A stretch of DNA of 64,000 nucleotides. It comes from Lishizhenia sp. GTDB lineage: Bacteria > Bacteroidota > Bacteroidia > Flavobacteriales_D > Crocinitomicaceae. The DNA lies in contig JBMYYC010000006.1 of assembly GCA_049609045.1 (NCBI GenBank), forward strand, positions 398 to 64,397. The letters are read 5' to 3'. Position 1 is the stretch's first letter. The number at the start of each line of letters is the position of its first letter. Both the position numbers and the translations under genes were made by a program. Shown one piece after another: positions 11,201-20,960 of this stretch. The notes under the pieces are model-generated. The model saw only the letters and a list, made by a program, of their open reading frames with translations. It searched no databases and was not told the origin of the DNA.

Positions 11201-11539
11201 AGAATAAACCTGACCCGATGAAGGTCCAGAAGGCTGGTTATGAACTAATGCACCATCAGCATCCAAAAGACTAAATGACACCTCACTTAAGTAACCACCT
11301 GCTGTCCAGTTTAGCTCAATTGTATTTCCATCCGTAACTGGGAATGTCCAAGTACCTGAAGAACCAGATACAGCGAAAGGAGAACCAGCAACAGGAACAC
11401 CACCGTCTAAAATAGCAAGCGAACCGCCATTCCATCCATCCCCATAACTATCTGCCCCATTTAATGTCCAAGAACATTGCGTAAATGCCGACAAACCTAT
11501 CCCGAGGATAGCTGCAGCACTAAGTAATAATTTTTTCAT
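8264..11539 (-). CDS. T9SS type A sorted surface protein with multiple fibronectin type III repeats
   Basis: Signal peptide, DSYGDGWNG motif, FN3 repeats (EYGxxGFTPG...YxVYV..C), C-terminal IFPNPT...GIYMI...RLVKN. Confidence 0.88.
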   Translation of the reverse strand: MKKLLLSAAAILGIGLSAFTQCSWTLNGADSYGDGWNGGSLAILDGGVPVAGSPFAVSGSSGTWTFPVTDGNTIELNWTAGGYLSEVSFSLLDADGALVHNQPSGPSSGQVYSGPIACDIPCAVPLNFSVVGSTGITTDLTWDNNPAAIGSDFIVEYGVTGFTPGTFLNIVNVFGSTSAQVVGLTPGTIYDYYVYRDCGTDTTSGAGPLTITAECGVPSLLVLDDADLTSADVSWTSVASEFSIEYGLSGFTPGSGFTQVETTTTSNIQGLVSNSFYEVYVRTICGPGDTSDYVGPIEFNTYNQAAFMDFDTQCPTAGFIDISSTGTDLNLTDDGEANINPLPFPVLYQQLLMTTARIGNNGGMQLGSTTANIGSGGNFNTLPDGTLFPWGDDLDEETGNVYWETIGTAPNRILVIQWDNICNFSGNPTAPTVTFQVQIEEATNEIYYVYDDVVFGGSNVGDDFAANASIGASGPNQDITISDDDPVFLQNNSCARLYYTDCPNVVDLSTVGYFSDTIIVSWNAGLAGETNWTIEYGPAGFTPGTGTTFTTTNTQDTIGGLTQLTDYDVYVYSDCDITLQSVGAVITTQTAPVCATPFGVSANGLQDSISVTWDWTVGAPTSLPTGFNIQYILQGQPLYTGMTVTSDILFDDTIVDAGLLYGAYYDVYVQAVCGADTSLYSTPNTALIPALNDSTCFAVDLAIDGTVYQFSNLNTGVSTGEAAIAPPATGFQTPDGWGASTLVETTWFTFTAPASGNVLISGLDNNQTTKMAVYEVTDCGDYNTFTLVGANDNDIEVPFQNAPFYIQCGLTPGAQYYLLHSNESTFTNNNYSIALTEIDYNAGSFVTDLDACLGDTVDMFNTITGYDLEYGTWLENQFTAQLNDEFFATTVLASNTYAFEYRVQRQCAYDSVTANITIFPPSNAGQDGNITVCLNQPTNLFSALNGNADLGGTWFDPQDVALPNATPSASNILGQFNYDYISGNGVCPDDTALVVVTVDGTCDYLGLDENKLEGISIFPNPTSDIVTIASENNEVLSVEITDVNGRVVFTSNEKLTFGTELIINVAAFENGIYMINLRNENVANTYRLVKN

Positions 11540-11736
11540 AATTTATTTTTATAGTTTATACAAACATAGTGAAAAAAATTCACTACTCATATTAACGAAA
11601 CATAATAAAAAACGGTTGGTAATTCCTTTATTTTTAATTTTCAATATAATGACACAATAAACTGAAACTATCAATTGAATTGGACACCAATTTGAAGAAT
11701 TGCAAAAGGTTCTTAACTTAGCAACAAACAAAATAC

Positions 11737-12522
11737 ATGGATTTAAATCTCGAAAATAAAACAGCTCTAATATGTGGAAGTACACAAGGCATTGGGCTAG
11801 AAACTGCTAAAACATTAGCTAATTTAGGCGCTAACTGCATACTTATTGCCAGAACTGAAAGTAAATTGCAAAAGGCGTGCAAAGAATTGAAAGCAAGTCA
11901 AGGACAAAAACACAGTTATTTAGTTGCTGATTTTTCCAATCCATCAGCATTAAAAGTAATTATTGAAAATTTCGCGCAAACAAACAAAGTAAATATATTA
12001 ATTAATAATACTGGCGGACCAAAAGGCGGACCTATTGTAAGTGCACAAACCGATGAGTTTATCAATACCTTTAATCAGCACCTCATCTGCAATCATATCC
12101 TATCTCAAGCACTTATACCCGGAATGAAGGAACTAGGATACGGAAGAATTGTGAACGTAATTAGCACTTCTGTTAAACAACCTTTAGATGGTCTTGGAGT
12201 AAGTAATACAATTAGAGGAGCAGTTGCCAACTGGAGTAAAACATTGGCAAATGAACTTGGTCAATTTAATATCACCGTTAACAACGTATTACCTGGAGCT
12301 ACAGACACTGTTCGTTTAAAAGAAATCATCGAAAATAAAGCATTAAAAACCGGACAATCTACCGAAGAAATAAAAACAGCCATGGCCAACCAAAGTCCGA
12401 TGAAAAGAATTGCACAACCCGAAGAAGTTGCGAATGCTATTTGTTTTTTATGCTCTCCAGCAGCAAGTTATATAAACGGAATTAATGTTCCTGTAGACGG
12501 TGGTAGGACAAAATCTCTATAG
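11737..12522 (+). CDS. SDR family oxidoreductase
   Basis: CGSTQGIG Rossmann motif, NNTGGP, YINGINVPVDGG. Confidence 0.9.
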   Translation: MDLNLENKTALICGSTQGIGLETAKTLANLGANCILIARTESKLQKACKELKASQGQKHSYLVADFSNPSALKVIIENFAQTNKVNILINNTGGPKGGPIVSAQTDEFINTFNQHLICNHILSQALIPGMKELGYGRIVNVISTSVKQPLDGLGVSNTIRGAVANWSKTLANELGQFNITVNNVLPGATDTVRLKEIIENKALKTGQSTEEIKTAMANQSPMKRIAQPEEVANAICFLCSPAASYINGINVPVDGGRTKSL

Positions 12523-13024
12523 AATAATTATCTGTATAATTCTTGCATCAATAAGCAGTTGCAAGAATTCCTCTGAATTAGAAAGTTTGAGAGATTCAGG
12601 CATTTTTAAAAGAAAGTCAGAATCTCTCAATACAAGCTTACAAGAAGTTACGAATATATCCTTAATAGATATAAATTCAAGTTCTTGGATCTACCAAAGC
12701 AATCAAAAAAGACAGCGAATATCTATTCGTTTTCTATTGTTTACCGACTCAATCGCTCAATTAGACACCCTTGAGTTGGCGATAAACAGAGCTATGAGTT
12801 TTTCTAACTATAACAAACCATTGGAAGCAACACAACTAAATACTTTTGACTCAGATTACATAGGCGACTTCTACTCTATTCATATAAAAAATAACAACCT
12901 GATTAATCGTCAACTATTAACCGCTAATACAGATTCGCTTTTCATAGATTTTCTATCTAGTGAAAGAATTGAAGGAACTTTAATTTTTGACGGAGTGATT
13001 ATTCGAATTTTTGGAGACTATTAA
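12500..13024 (+). CDS. Hypothetical (putative lipoprotein)
   Basis: 174-aa ORF with a hydrophobic N-terminus and SSC lipobox-like motif; fills the gap between genes. Confidence 0.55.
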   Translation: MVGQNLYRIIICIILASISSCKNSSELESLRDSGIFKRKSESLNTSLQEVTNISLIDINSSSWIYQSNQKRQRISIRFLLFTDSIAQLDTLELAINRAMSFSNYNKPLEATQLNTFDSDYIGDFYSIHIKNNNLINRQLLTANTDSLFIDFLSSERIEGTLIFDGVIIRIFGDY

Positions 13025-15411
13025 CGCAACACATTAACGTGTCCTGTAATTGTTTCTTCATCATCATTAATGGAACGATAGAATATCTTCCAAACATATG
13101 TGCCATCAGGAACAGGTAAACCGTTTTCATCAAATCCATCCCATTGAAAATCAACATCTTTAGATTCAAATATATTCTCTCCCCACCTATTAAAAATCTT
13201 TATTTCAAACTCAACTACATTTATAGCACTTACTTCAAAATATGTATTAAAACGATTTCCGTCTGGAGTAAAGGTGTTTGGTATATACAAATAAAACTCT
13301 GGAAGTATTACGATAGGTTTAGTAATTGAATCTATACAACCAATTTCGTTTGTTGCAATTAACTGTACTTGATAAGTTCCAGGTTCATCGTATACGTGAT
13401 TTGGATGTACATCGCTACTCCCTGACCCTTGTCCAAAATCCCATACATAACTTACAGCCCCTGTAGTTAAATTTTGAAATGTAATGGGCAAATCTTCATA
13501 AAGTGTTTGCGAACTAATAATAAAGTTAGCATTTGGCTGTACCACCTCAATAGTATTAAATGCTGAAACAGTAAATGTTTGACAATCATCACTAACCACG
13601 ACCTCATACGTTGTAGTAGAAAGCGGACTAACAAATACGTTTTGAGTTGTTTCTCCACTGTGAGGCCAGAAATAATAATAATTACCAAAACCTCCTTGTG
13701 CACTTACCGAAAGCTCCACTTCTGTATCTGGACAAACAACAGGAAAATCAGGCACTTCTAAGGTCAAAGGCGGACTCAAAATCGTAATACTTGTAACCCC
13801 TATAACTACGTTATCACATTGATCTGTAACAATTACACTGTATTGTGTGGTTGTATTAGGAGCAACCTCAATACTTTCTGAAAAACCTAAAAAACCACTA
13901 CCTTGGTCGTCAAACCATTCATATTGATACCCACCTGCTCCTCCGCTAAGTTCTGCAGTTAAGGTAAAAGGCACAAACGGACATTGCTCCACGATAGGAT
14001 CCGTAACTAAAATATCCAAAGGATCATAAACAGGAACAACAACTTGTCCTGTACCTGTTGCCGTTTGATTGAGGCAATCATCAGTTGCTTGAACAGTATA
14101 TGTTGTTGTTGTAGTGGGGCTAACAATAATACTTTCCGTAGTTGCTCCGTTACTCCATAAATAAGTATAAGTTCCCCCTCCTCCTGTTGCTGAAGCAGTT
14201 AATTGGACTAAATCTCCAGGACAAACCACCTCTACATCATCTACTACAACCTCAACATCCTCTAAGTCATTAATAAGAAGATTAACTGTTTGCACACTTA
14301 AATTTTGACATGGATCCAATATTTGAAAATCTAGAACGATACTTTCTTGACCTTCTGCAACACCATCTTGAAAAGCACTAATCGTAAATGACTGAGTTGT
14401 TTGGTTAGCTGCAAACGTAACTGATGCCGGAACATTACTGTAATCAACCCCTTCTATTGCAGAACCCGAAACATTAATTGGAATATTCAATGGATTAACT
14501 ATATCTGGTCCAGTTCGGGTTACTGTCACAGTTGCATCTACACAACCTTCTGCCATAACATTTGGCTGATTAAATGCCAATTGAGACAACTCATAACTTA
14601 CAGTTACCGGAGTTTCTGATGTTAAACTACCACCTTCTAAAAAGATGCCTGAATCCCATTGTCCGTCTCCCACATCAGCAACTGCCATTATTAAGTGATA
14701 CGTTTCTCCGCATTGCACATCGCTAATTGCCTGTAAAGGAATTGTAAATCCATCATACTGAACATAAAAATTACTAGAGTTATAAGGTGCACTATTTCCA
14801 TCACCATTATTTATATAACTCGGACAATTTGTACACGGTCCAATATTAGCTGGACCATTATTAACATTGTTAATAGCTACTGCTGCATTTGTTCCTGGCA
14901 CAATAGCCATATTTTTTTCACCAACAATACCAGGACCACTAATGAAAAATGCGAAAATATCGTTAAAATCAGAACCTACAAACTCTGGATACTCTTCGGA
15001 TGCAAATACATAATTAAACTTTACAGTATCACTAAACGGAACAAAATCAAACTCTAAAATAGTAGCGTCGAACGTTGAGCCACCATCCAATAAATTATTT
15101 AATCTATTGTAACCAGCTCCATTTAGATCAACACCCGAACCCGCAGAGTTATTTGGTCCGTGCGGACCATTACCATTATTATTAATTGTACCTGTGGTTA
15201 AAATCACACCTTCATCTAAACCTATATTTGTGTTAGAACCATCAAAGTATCCTAAAGACTGAGAAGATCCTGTATAATTTACATTTGAAATCGTTACACC
15301 CGTACCTGCTAGCACGTTCTGAACAAGATTTCCAGGTGTCATATTTGAGGTAACCAATTGAGCAGAAACTCCAAAAGAAAAAAGTAAAAATATGACGAAC
15401 AAGTGCTTCAT
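13021..15411 (-). CDS. Choice-of-anchor L domain protein with Calx-beta-like, PKD and T9SS type B C-terminal domain
   Basis: FASEEYPEFVGSDFNDIFAFFISGP, YDGFT, DVGDGQWDSGIF; C-terminal YIPNTFTPDG...GHVNVLR; start moved to MKHLF (15411). Confidence 0.88.
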   Translation of the reverse strand: MKHLFVIFLLFSFGVSAQLVTSNMTPGNLVQNVLAGTGVTISNVNYTGSSQSLGYFDGSNTNIGLDEGVILTTGTINNNGNGPHGPNNSAGSGVDLNGAGYNRLNNLLDGGSTFDATILEFDFVPFSDTVKFNYVFASEEYPEFVGSDFNDIFAFFISGPGIVGEKNMAIVPGTNAAVAINNVNNGPANIGPCTNCPSYINNGDGNSAPYNSSNFYVQYDGFTIPLQAISDVQCGETYHLIMAVADVGDGQWDSGIFLEGGSLTSETPVTVSYELSQLAFNQPNVMAEGCVDATVTVTRTGPDIVNPLNIPINVSGSAIEGVDYSNVPASVTFAANQTTQSFTISAFQDGVAEGQESIVLDFQILDPCQNLSVQTVNLLINDLEDVEVVVDDVEVVCPGDLVQLTASATGGGGTYTYLWSNGATTESIIVSPTTTTTYTVQATDDCLNQTATGTGQVVVPVYDPLDILVTDPIVEQCPFVPFTLTAELSGGAGGYQYEWFDDQGSGFLGFSESIEVAPNTTTQYSVIVTDQCDNVVIGVTSITILSPPLTLEVPDFPVVCPDTEVELSVSAQGGFGNYYYFWPHSGETTQNVFVSPLSTTTYEVVVSDDCQTFTVSAFNTIEVVQPNANFIISSQTLYEDLPITFQNLTTGAVSYVWDFGQGSGSSDVHPNHVYDEPGTYQVQLIATNEIGCIDSITKPIVILPEFYLYIPNTFTPDGNRFNTYFEVSAINVVEFEIKIFNRWGENIFESKDVDFQWDGFDENGLPVPDGTYVWKIFYRSINDDEETITGHVNVLR

Positions 15412-15552
15412 TAATATAATAACGTATTTACGCATAGAAAGTTGCTGATTTCTTGACAAAAATCGAACCAAAGTACATAATCATGAAGTGAACTGTCATA
15501 ATTTGTAAATTAGATTATTCTAATCAACTAAACCTTTTTATTTTTGTGCGTG

Positions 15553-16401
15553 ATGAAAAATAATAAATCAATTTGGCAAAACCTAAGAAAAAGTACACGA
15601 ATTGCAGGCTTTAACCCTAAGACTTTCGAGGAAAAATGGAGATTTTCGATTACTCCATTGCAATTTACTAGCGTTCTCCTCCTTTTCATTCTTTCTATAA
15701 GTATCCTAACAGTGTTAGCTGTAATATACACTCCCTTAGGTAACCTTATCTCTAGCAAAGGAAATAAAGAAACTCGAGATCAAATAGAACAACAGTACGT
15801 AGAAATAGTTGAATTAAAGAAATCTGTAGAAAAACAAAATAATTACATAAGTAATCTTCAAAACGTCATACTCGGAAAGAACACAATAGATTCTGCTCTG
15901 ATAACACCTCCAAAATCTACCATAACTGAAACTACTAAAATTGATACAGCACGAACTGAAAATGAATTATTGCTTGCTCAAGAAATTGAAAATATTAGTG
16001 AAGAGGTTATTACAAATGAAAAAGCTGAACTCTATATTTTTACAGATCCAGTAAAAGGAGTAATTAGTCAAAAATTTGACAAAGCAAAACACCCTGGAAT
16101 AGACATTGTTAGTTCGCTAAACACTCCTATAAAAGCATGCTTAGAGGGAACCGTTGTTTTTTCTGGATACTCTGAGGAAGACGGTAATTTTATTGTTTTA
16201 AGTCATAAAAACGGTTTTTCCTCTTACTACAAGCATACCAATAAAATATTAAAAAAATCTGGAGAGCGCGTACAAACAGGAGATCCTATTGCATTAGTTG
16301 GTAATTCAGGTGAAAATACAAGCGGACCACATCTCCATTTTGAATTGTGGGAAAACAACTCGGCTATTGACCCGCTAGAATTTCTTTCTTTTGGAAATTA
16401 A
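15553..16401 (+). CDS. M23 family metallopeptidase
   Basis: HPGID and GNSGENTSGPHLHFE motifs, N-terminal TM plus coiled coil; TATTTTTG promoter-like element at 15539-15546. Confidence 0.9.
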   Translation: MKNNKSIWQNLRKSTRIAGFNPKTFEEKWRFSITPLQFTSVLLLFILSISILTVLAVIYTPLGNLISSKGNKETRDQIEQQYVEIVELKKSVEKQNNYISNLQNVILGKNTIDSALITPPKSTITETTKIDTARTENELLLAQEIENISEEVITNEKAELYIFTDPVKGVISQKFDKAKHPGIDIVSSLNTPIKACLEGTVVFSGYSEEDGNFIVLSHKNGFSSYYKHTNKILKKSGERVQTGDPIALVGNSGENTSGPHLHFELWENNSAIDPLEFLSFGN

Positions 16402-16469
16402 TCAATTAATAAAATACGAATCACTCAAGTAATAAAAATCTTTTATTTTTGTTGCCCAGAATAAAAAAT

Positions 16470-17156
16470 ATGGAAGAAAAAATTCAAAATATAGTAGATG
16501 CACTAAGTAAACGTTTTGTTTCGCATCCGTGGCACGGAATTTCAATTGGAGAAAATGCTCCTGAAAAGATAAATTCTTTTATTGAAATTATCCCATCTGA
16601 CACAATAAAGTACGAGGTTGATAAAGCGTCTGGATACAACATGGTTGATAGACCTCAGAAATACTCTAATAATATGCCTTGTTGGTATGGTTTTGTACCT
16701 CAAACTTATTGCGACACTCTTGTTGCAGAATATGCCAATGAAAAAACAGGAAGAACAACTATTGTTGGAGATGAAGATCCGTTGGATATTTGTATTATTT
16801 CTGAAAGACAAGTAGACAGAGGTAATATTCTTGCTGAAGCAATACCTGTTGGTGGTTTTAGAATGATTGATGGCGGAGAAGCCGATGATAAAATTATAGC
16901 TGTTTTAAAAGACGACCAAGCTTATGGTGATTGCAAAGACATAACTGAGTTACCAGAAAAAGTAATGAACAGAGTAAAACATTTTTTCTTAACCTACAAA
17001 GATTTTGAAGGTGGAGCAAAAGAAGTAGAAATTACGCACGTTTACGGAAAAGAAGAAGCTTACGAAGTAATTAAAAGAAGTAATCAAGACTACATTAACA
17101 AATACGGTGACGCTAATGAGAATTTGGTAAACGCTTTGTTGGATGCTTTGAAGTAA
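16470..17156 (+). CDS. ppa: Inorganic pyrophosphatase (family I)
   Basis: HPWHG, KYEVDK, YGFVPQTY, GDEDPLD, MIDGGEADDKIIAV; start at ATG 16470 after TATTTTTG (16444-16451). Confidence 0.93.
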   Translation: MEEKIQNIVDALSKRFVSHPWHGISIGENAPEKINSFIEIIPSDTIKYEVDKASGYNMVDRPQKYSNNMPCWYGFVPQTYCDTLVAEYANEKTGRTTIVGDEDPLDICIISERQVDRGNILAEAIPVGGFRMIDGGEADDKIIAVLKDDQAYGDCKDITELPEKVMNRVKHFFLTYKDFEGGAKEVEITHVYGKEEAYEVIKRSNQDYINKYGDANENLVNALLDALK

Positions 17157-17173
17157 TGATATTCTAATATATC

Positions 17174-18277
17174 CTAAGGCTTTTCATGTAATGGAAAGCC
17201 TTTTTTTTTTATAATTTTCTTCACCTCCTTACTCCCTTTTCTTGCAAAGGTTACCAGATATACGCCTTTTGCCAAATCTGATACATTCCACTCCTTTTGC
17301 TGAGAATCAATTGTTTTTACCATTTTACCTGATAGGTCTTGAATCGTAACTAAATCATCTATTAAGAGTCCTTCAATTTTTAAAACATCATCCACTGGGT
17401 TTGGGAAAATCACCACATTCTCGAGCGCATTTTCTTCTGCAGACAATACTGCTTCGTTTGTAGAAAAACTCGAATATTCAAAGAAAAGGTTAGAATCATA
17501 AGAACCGTCTGTTACATCCATCAAAACAATACTTACATGATATTCTGTACCTGTCTGTATTGGAACTTTAACAGTTATTCTTTTTGAAAAACCATCCATC
17601 TGTAAATAAGCATCGCTTTCATCATAGGGAGATTGATTGCCGTTACCGTTATTTACATAAAAAAAGCAATTTTCACATGGGCCGGTATTGCCAATTCCAT
17701 TGTTCAAGGTATTTACCGAAACAATTGAATTTGTACCTGGAATTTCTGCTAGATTTGTCTTCTCACCGGTTTGCTTGTTCTCTAGAATAATGGCAAAAAA
17801 ATCATTAAACTCAGAATCAACAAACTCTGGATATTCTTCTGAACCGAAAATAAAAGAAGAAAATAGAGTATCTCCAATAGGTATTATATCAAAATCTAAT
17901 TTACAGACATCAAAAACCGAGGAATAAACACCTAAACTGTATGCAATACTTTGGTGGTTGTTTGGAGTGTTACTCGAAGAAGCAAAATCTGTTCCACAAC
18001 TCTCTAAATCGTTCGGACCAACTACTCCATTGTTATAATTATCGTAAACCCTACCTGTACTTAAAACCACACCTGTTGTTCCTTCAAAGTTAATTGCGGT
18101 GCCTTGGTAATGGCCTATTTGAAACGCTGAGCCAGTGAATTCTATATTGTCTGTATAAACACCTTCTCCGATTAAAAAGTCATTTATTAAATCTTCAGGT
18201 GTAAAATAAGTTATGTCTATCTGGCTCCAGATCATATTTGTAAATAATACCACACTAACTACTAAATAATTTTTCAT
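17174..18277 (-). CDS. Choice-of-anchor L domain protein with T9SS type A C-terminal domain
   Basis: FGSEEYPEFVDSEFNDFF, DGSYDSNLF; CTD IFPNPV...GVYLV...KKIIKK. Confidence 0.85.
   Translation of the reverse strand: MKNYLVVSVVLFTNMIWSQIDITYFTPEDLINDFLIGEGVYTDNIEFTGSAFQIGHYQGTAINFEGTTGVVLSTGRVYDNYNNGVVGPNDLESCGTDFASSSNTPNNHQSIAYSLGVYSSVFDVCKLDFDIIPIGDTLFSSFIFGSEEYPEFVDSEFNDFFAIILENKQTGEKTNLAEIPGTNSIVSVNTLNNGIGNTGPCENCFFYVNNGNGNQSPYDESDAYLQMDGFSKRITVKVPIQTGTEYHVSIVLMDVTDGSYDSNLFFEYSSFSTNEAVLSAEENALENVVIFPNPVDDVLKIEGLLIDDLVTIQDLSGKMVKTIDSQQKEWNVSDLAKGVYLVTFARKGSKEVKKIIKKKGFPLHEKP
17176..17210 (+). terminator. Intrinsic terminator of ppa (overlaps the 3' end of the convergent gene)
   Basis: AAGGCTTTTCAT-GTA-ATGGAAAGCCTT stem (one G-U) followed by T10. 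Confidence 0.75.
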
Positions 18278-18406
18278 TGCAACCTATTTAATTTTCATTC
18301 TAAGTTAGTTTAATCTAAATTGACATGAAGCAGTAGAATGAGTAATACGTATGATATTTATAGTCATCGGGATTTTTTTTGGTGTAAATTCTGTTATATT
18401 TATTCT

Positions 18407-19819
18407 ATGATAAGACGTTTAACTCTACTACTTATACTCACCATCCAATCAGTTTATGGTCAAATACAGTTTGATAAAACTACATATGACTTTGGCGAGT
18501 TAACATTAGATACGCCTCGTTATATAGACTTTTTTTTAACCAATACTGGAAATAAGTCTCAATACATATTGAGTGTGAAACAAGTTTCAGAAGTCGTTTA
18601 TATACAGCAGCGCGCATTGATTTTACCAAAGGAAAGTATTGCCCTTCGATTTCAAGTAAACCCAAAAAAACGCGGAAGTTTTAATTATGAAGTAGACGTA
18701 TTTACCAGCGATAAACAAACACCTACACGAATTCGGTTAAAAGGAAATTTAAAAATAATTCCTCCAAAAAGTGACAACAACTTTACCGCTTGTCCGAGCT
18801 TTGGAAACAAACCAAGTAATAAAAATCCGTTAGAATTTGAATTAACAGTAATTACGCGAGATGCAGAAACGAAAGAACTTTTGGGTAAGTCTGAAGTTAC
18901 TTTAATTCAAAAAGGAATTGAAATTGCTCGTATTAAAACAAACAAAGCGGGTAAACAAGCGCTTAAAATCAACATTGGTTACACCTATTTTTACGCAATA
19001 CATGACGGATATTTCCCTACTGAATTAGGCAATTACGTTAACTTTCAAGAAAACCAGGTGGTAATAGACTTATATAAAAATGAAGTAACAACTGAAGTTG
19101 AAACGGCAGACCTAACTGAATTAAAAGACACCACTTATCTCATAATAGAAAACGAGATTATCGATAAAACAGAGGAGATTAAATTAGAAGAAGAAACGAC
19201 TGAAGAGATAAATTCTCCTCCAATAACTCTTGCAGAATTACCAGAAGATAATTTTAATAGTGAATATTTCTTGCCAACAAATGTTGTTTTTGTAATTGAT
19301 GTAAGTTCTTCTATGCGCGGAGAGGATAAGCTTGAACTAATGAAATACGCGCTGTATGCGTTAACGGATATGCTTAGACCGCAAGATCGTATTGGATTAG
19401 TCAGCTATGCAAATAACGCAACTGTTTTGTTAAAACCTACTTCCGGACAAAACAAGGAGGAGATCAAAGCCATTGTTAAAGAAATGAAAGCTGCAGGTCT
19501 AACGGCTGGAGGAGCAGGAATCAAACTTGGGTATAAACAGGCTAAAAAGAATTTTATATCCGAGGGAAAAAATCAAGTAATTATTATTACAGATGGAGGT
19601 TTCAATAGAAATTCTGGCGATTACAAAAAATATATTCGAAAGTATAAAAGAAAGGGAATTACACTTTCAGTTGTTGGAATTAAAAATAAAGATACTGCCA
19701 AAGAACAAATGCAAAATGCTGCTAAAATTGGAGCTGGTCGTTATGTACCCATTTTCGGATTAGAAGATGCAAAACACAATCTGAAAGAAGAAATTAGAAA
19801 AGGTGCTTTTAAAAATTAA
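18407..19819 (+). CDS. Secreted VWA domain protein with N-terminal DUF1573-like Ig domain
   Basis: Signal peptide from ATG 18407, YDFGE motif, MIDAS DVSSSM and IITDG. Confidence 0.85.
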   Translation: MIRRLTLLLILTIQSVYGQIQFDKTTYDFGELTLDTPRYIDFFLTNTGNKSQYILSVKQVSEVVYIQQRALILPKESIALRFQVNPKKRGSFNYEVDVFTSDKQTPTRIRLKGNLKIIPPKSDNNFTACPSFGNKPSNKNPLEFELTVITRDAETKELLGKSEVTLIQKGIEIARIKTNKAGKQALKINIGYTYFYAIHDGYFPTELGNYVNFQENQVVIDLYKNEVTTEVETADLTELKDTTYLIIENEIIDKTEEIKLEEETTEEINSPPITLAELPEDNFNSEYFLPTNVVFVIDVSSSMRGEDKLELMKYALYALTDMLRPQDRIGLVSYANNATVLLKPTSGQNKEEIKAIVKEMKAAGLTAGGAGIKLGYKQAKKNFISEGKNQVIIITDGGFNRNSGDYKKYIRKYKRKGITLSVVGIKNKDTAKEQMQNAAKIGAGRYVPIFGLEDAKHNLKEEIRKGAFKN

Positions 19820-19930
19820 AAATAACCAATAGCGTATAAACAGCAAACGAACAGTATCTGAAGAGAAAATAGAATGTGAGAAAAAATCGTTTAGTCTAGT
19901 ATTATCATTATTTTTGTTTCCTATTCAGAC

Positions 19931-20929
19931 ATGGAAAAAGAAAGAAGCATTGCGGTAATTGGTGGAGGTAGCTGGGCTACTGCCCTAGTTAAAATACTGT
20001 GTAATAATTTATCTAATGTAAATTGGTGGATGCGCAACGAAGAGTCTGTAAAGCATATCTTGACTTACAAGCACAACCCAAGATACTTGCAATCTGTTGA
20101 GTTTAACTTAAATAAAATTAATGTAACAACAGATTTAGTAAAAACAATAGAACAATCAGAAATAATTATAATTGCTACGCCCTCTGCTTTCTTAAATGAT
20201 TTGTTCAAAGACGTGGACAAGAATATTTTTAAAAATAAATTCATTTTCTCTGCTGTTAAAGGAATTATACCGGAATACAATGCGATACCAGCTCGGTTTA
20301 TTCATAAAACGTTTGAAATACCTTACGATGATATTGGTATTATATGCGGGCCTTGCCATGCTGAAGAAGTTGCTCTAGAGCGTTTGTCTTATTTAACAAT
20401 TGCTTGTGGCAACGAAGAAATGGCAGATGAAGTTGCAGAAATAATGGCTTGTAGATATATCAAAACAACTGTTTCTGATGATTTATTTGGGACAGAGCTC
20501 TCTGCTGTATTAAAAAATGTTTACGCTATTGCGTCCGGAATTTGCGCTGGCTTGGGTTATGGAGATAACTTTCAATCTGTTTTAATATCTAACGCAATAC
20601 AAGAAATAGAGAATTTCATAGATGAAGTGAGTCCTATACACAGAGATGTAAAAACAAGTGCTTATTTGGGAGATTTACTTGTAACTGCTTATTCAAAATT
20701 TTCTAGAAATAGAACGTTTGGCTTTATGATTGGCAAAGGCTACTCCGTAAAAACTGCGCAGTTAGAGATGGATATGATTGCAGAAGGCTACTATGCCGTT
20801 AAATGTGTAATGGAAATCAACAAAAAGTTTGAAGTTGAGATGCCAATTGTTGAAGCTGTACATAATATTATTTATGAAAAGATAGCTCCGGTAATTGAAA
20901 TGAGAATTCTAACAGATAAGTTAAGCTAG
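19931..20929 (+). CDS. gpsA: NAD(P)H-dependent glycerol-3-phosphate dehydrogenase
   Basis: GGGSWATAL, GPCHAEE, LKNVYAI, GDLLVTAYSKFSRNR. Confidence 0.95.
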   Translation: MEKERSIAVIGGGSWATALVKILCNNLSNVNWWMRNEESVKHILTYKHNPRYLQSVEFNLNKINVTTDLVKTIEQSEIIIIATPSAFLNDLFKDVDKNIFKNKFIFSAVKGIIPEYNAIPARFIHKTFEIPYDDIGIICGPCHAEEVALERLSYLTIACGNEEMADEVAEIMACRYIKTTVSDDLFGTELSAVLKNVYAIASGICAGLGYGDNFQSVLISNAIQEIENFIDEVSPIHRDVKTSAYLGDLLVTAYSKFSRNRTFGFMIGKGYSVKTAQLEMDMIAEGYYAVKCVMEINKKFEVEMPIVEAVHNIIYEKIAPVIEMRILTDKLS

Positions 20930-20960
20930 CTCGCACAAAGCTTAAAAACACAAAACTTAA

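Noticed and set aside
11549-11785. 78-aa minus-strand ORF upstream of the FN3 gene
   Set aside because: Spans a divergent promoter region and overlaps the SDR start; no protein-like motifs.
15508-15525. Fur-box-like palindrome ATTAGATTATTCTAAT (similar weak ones near 18303-18320 and 23121-23137)
   Set aside because: Wrong half-site spacing or too many mismatches in very AT-rich DNA.
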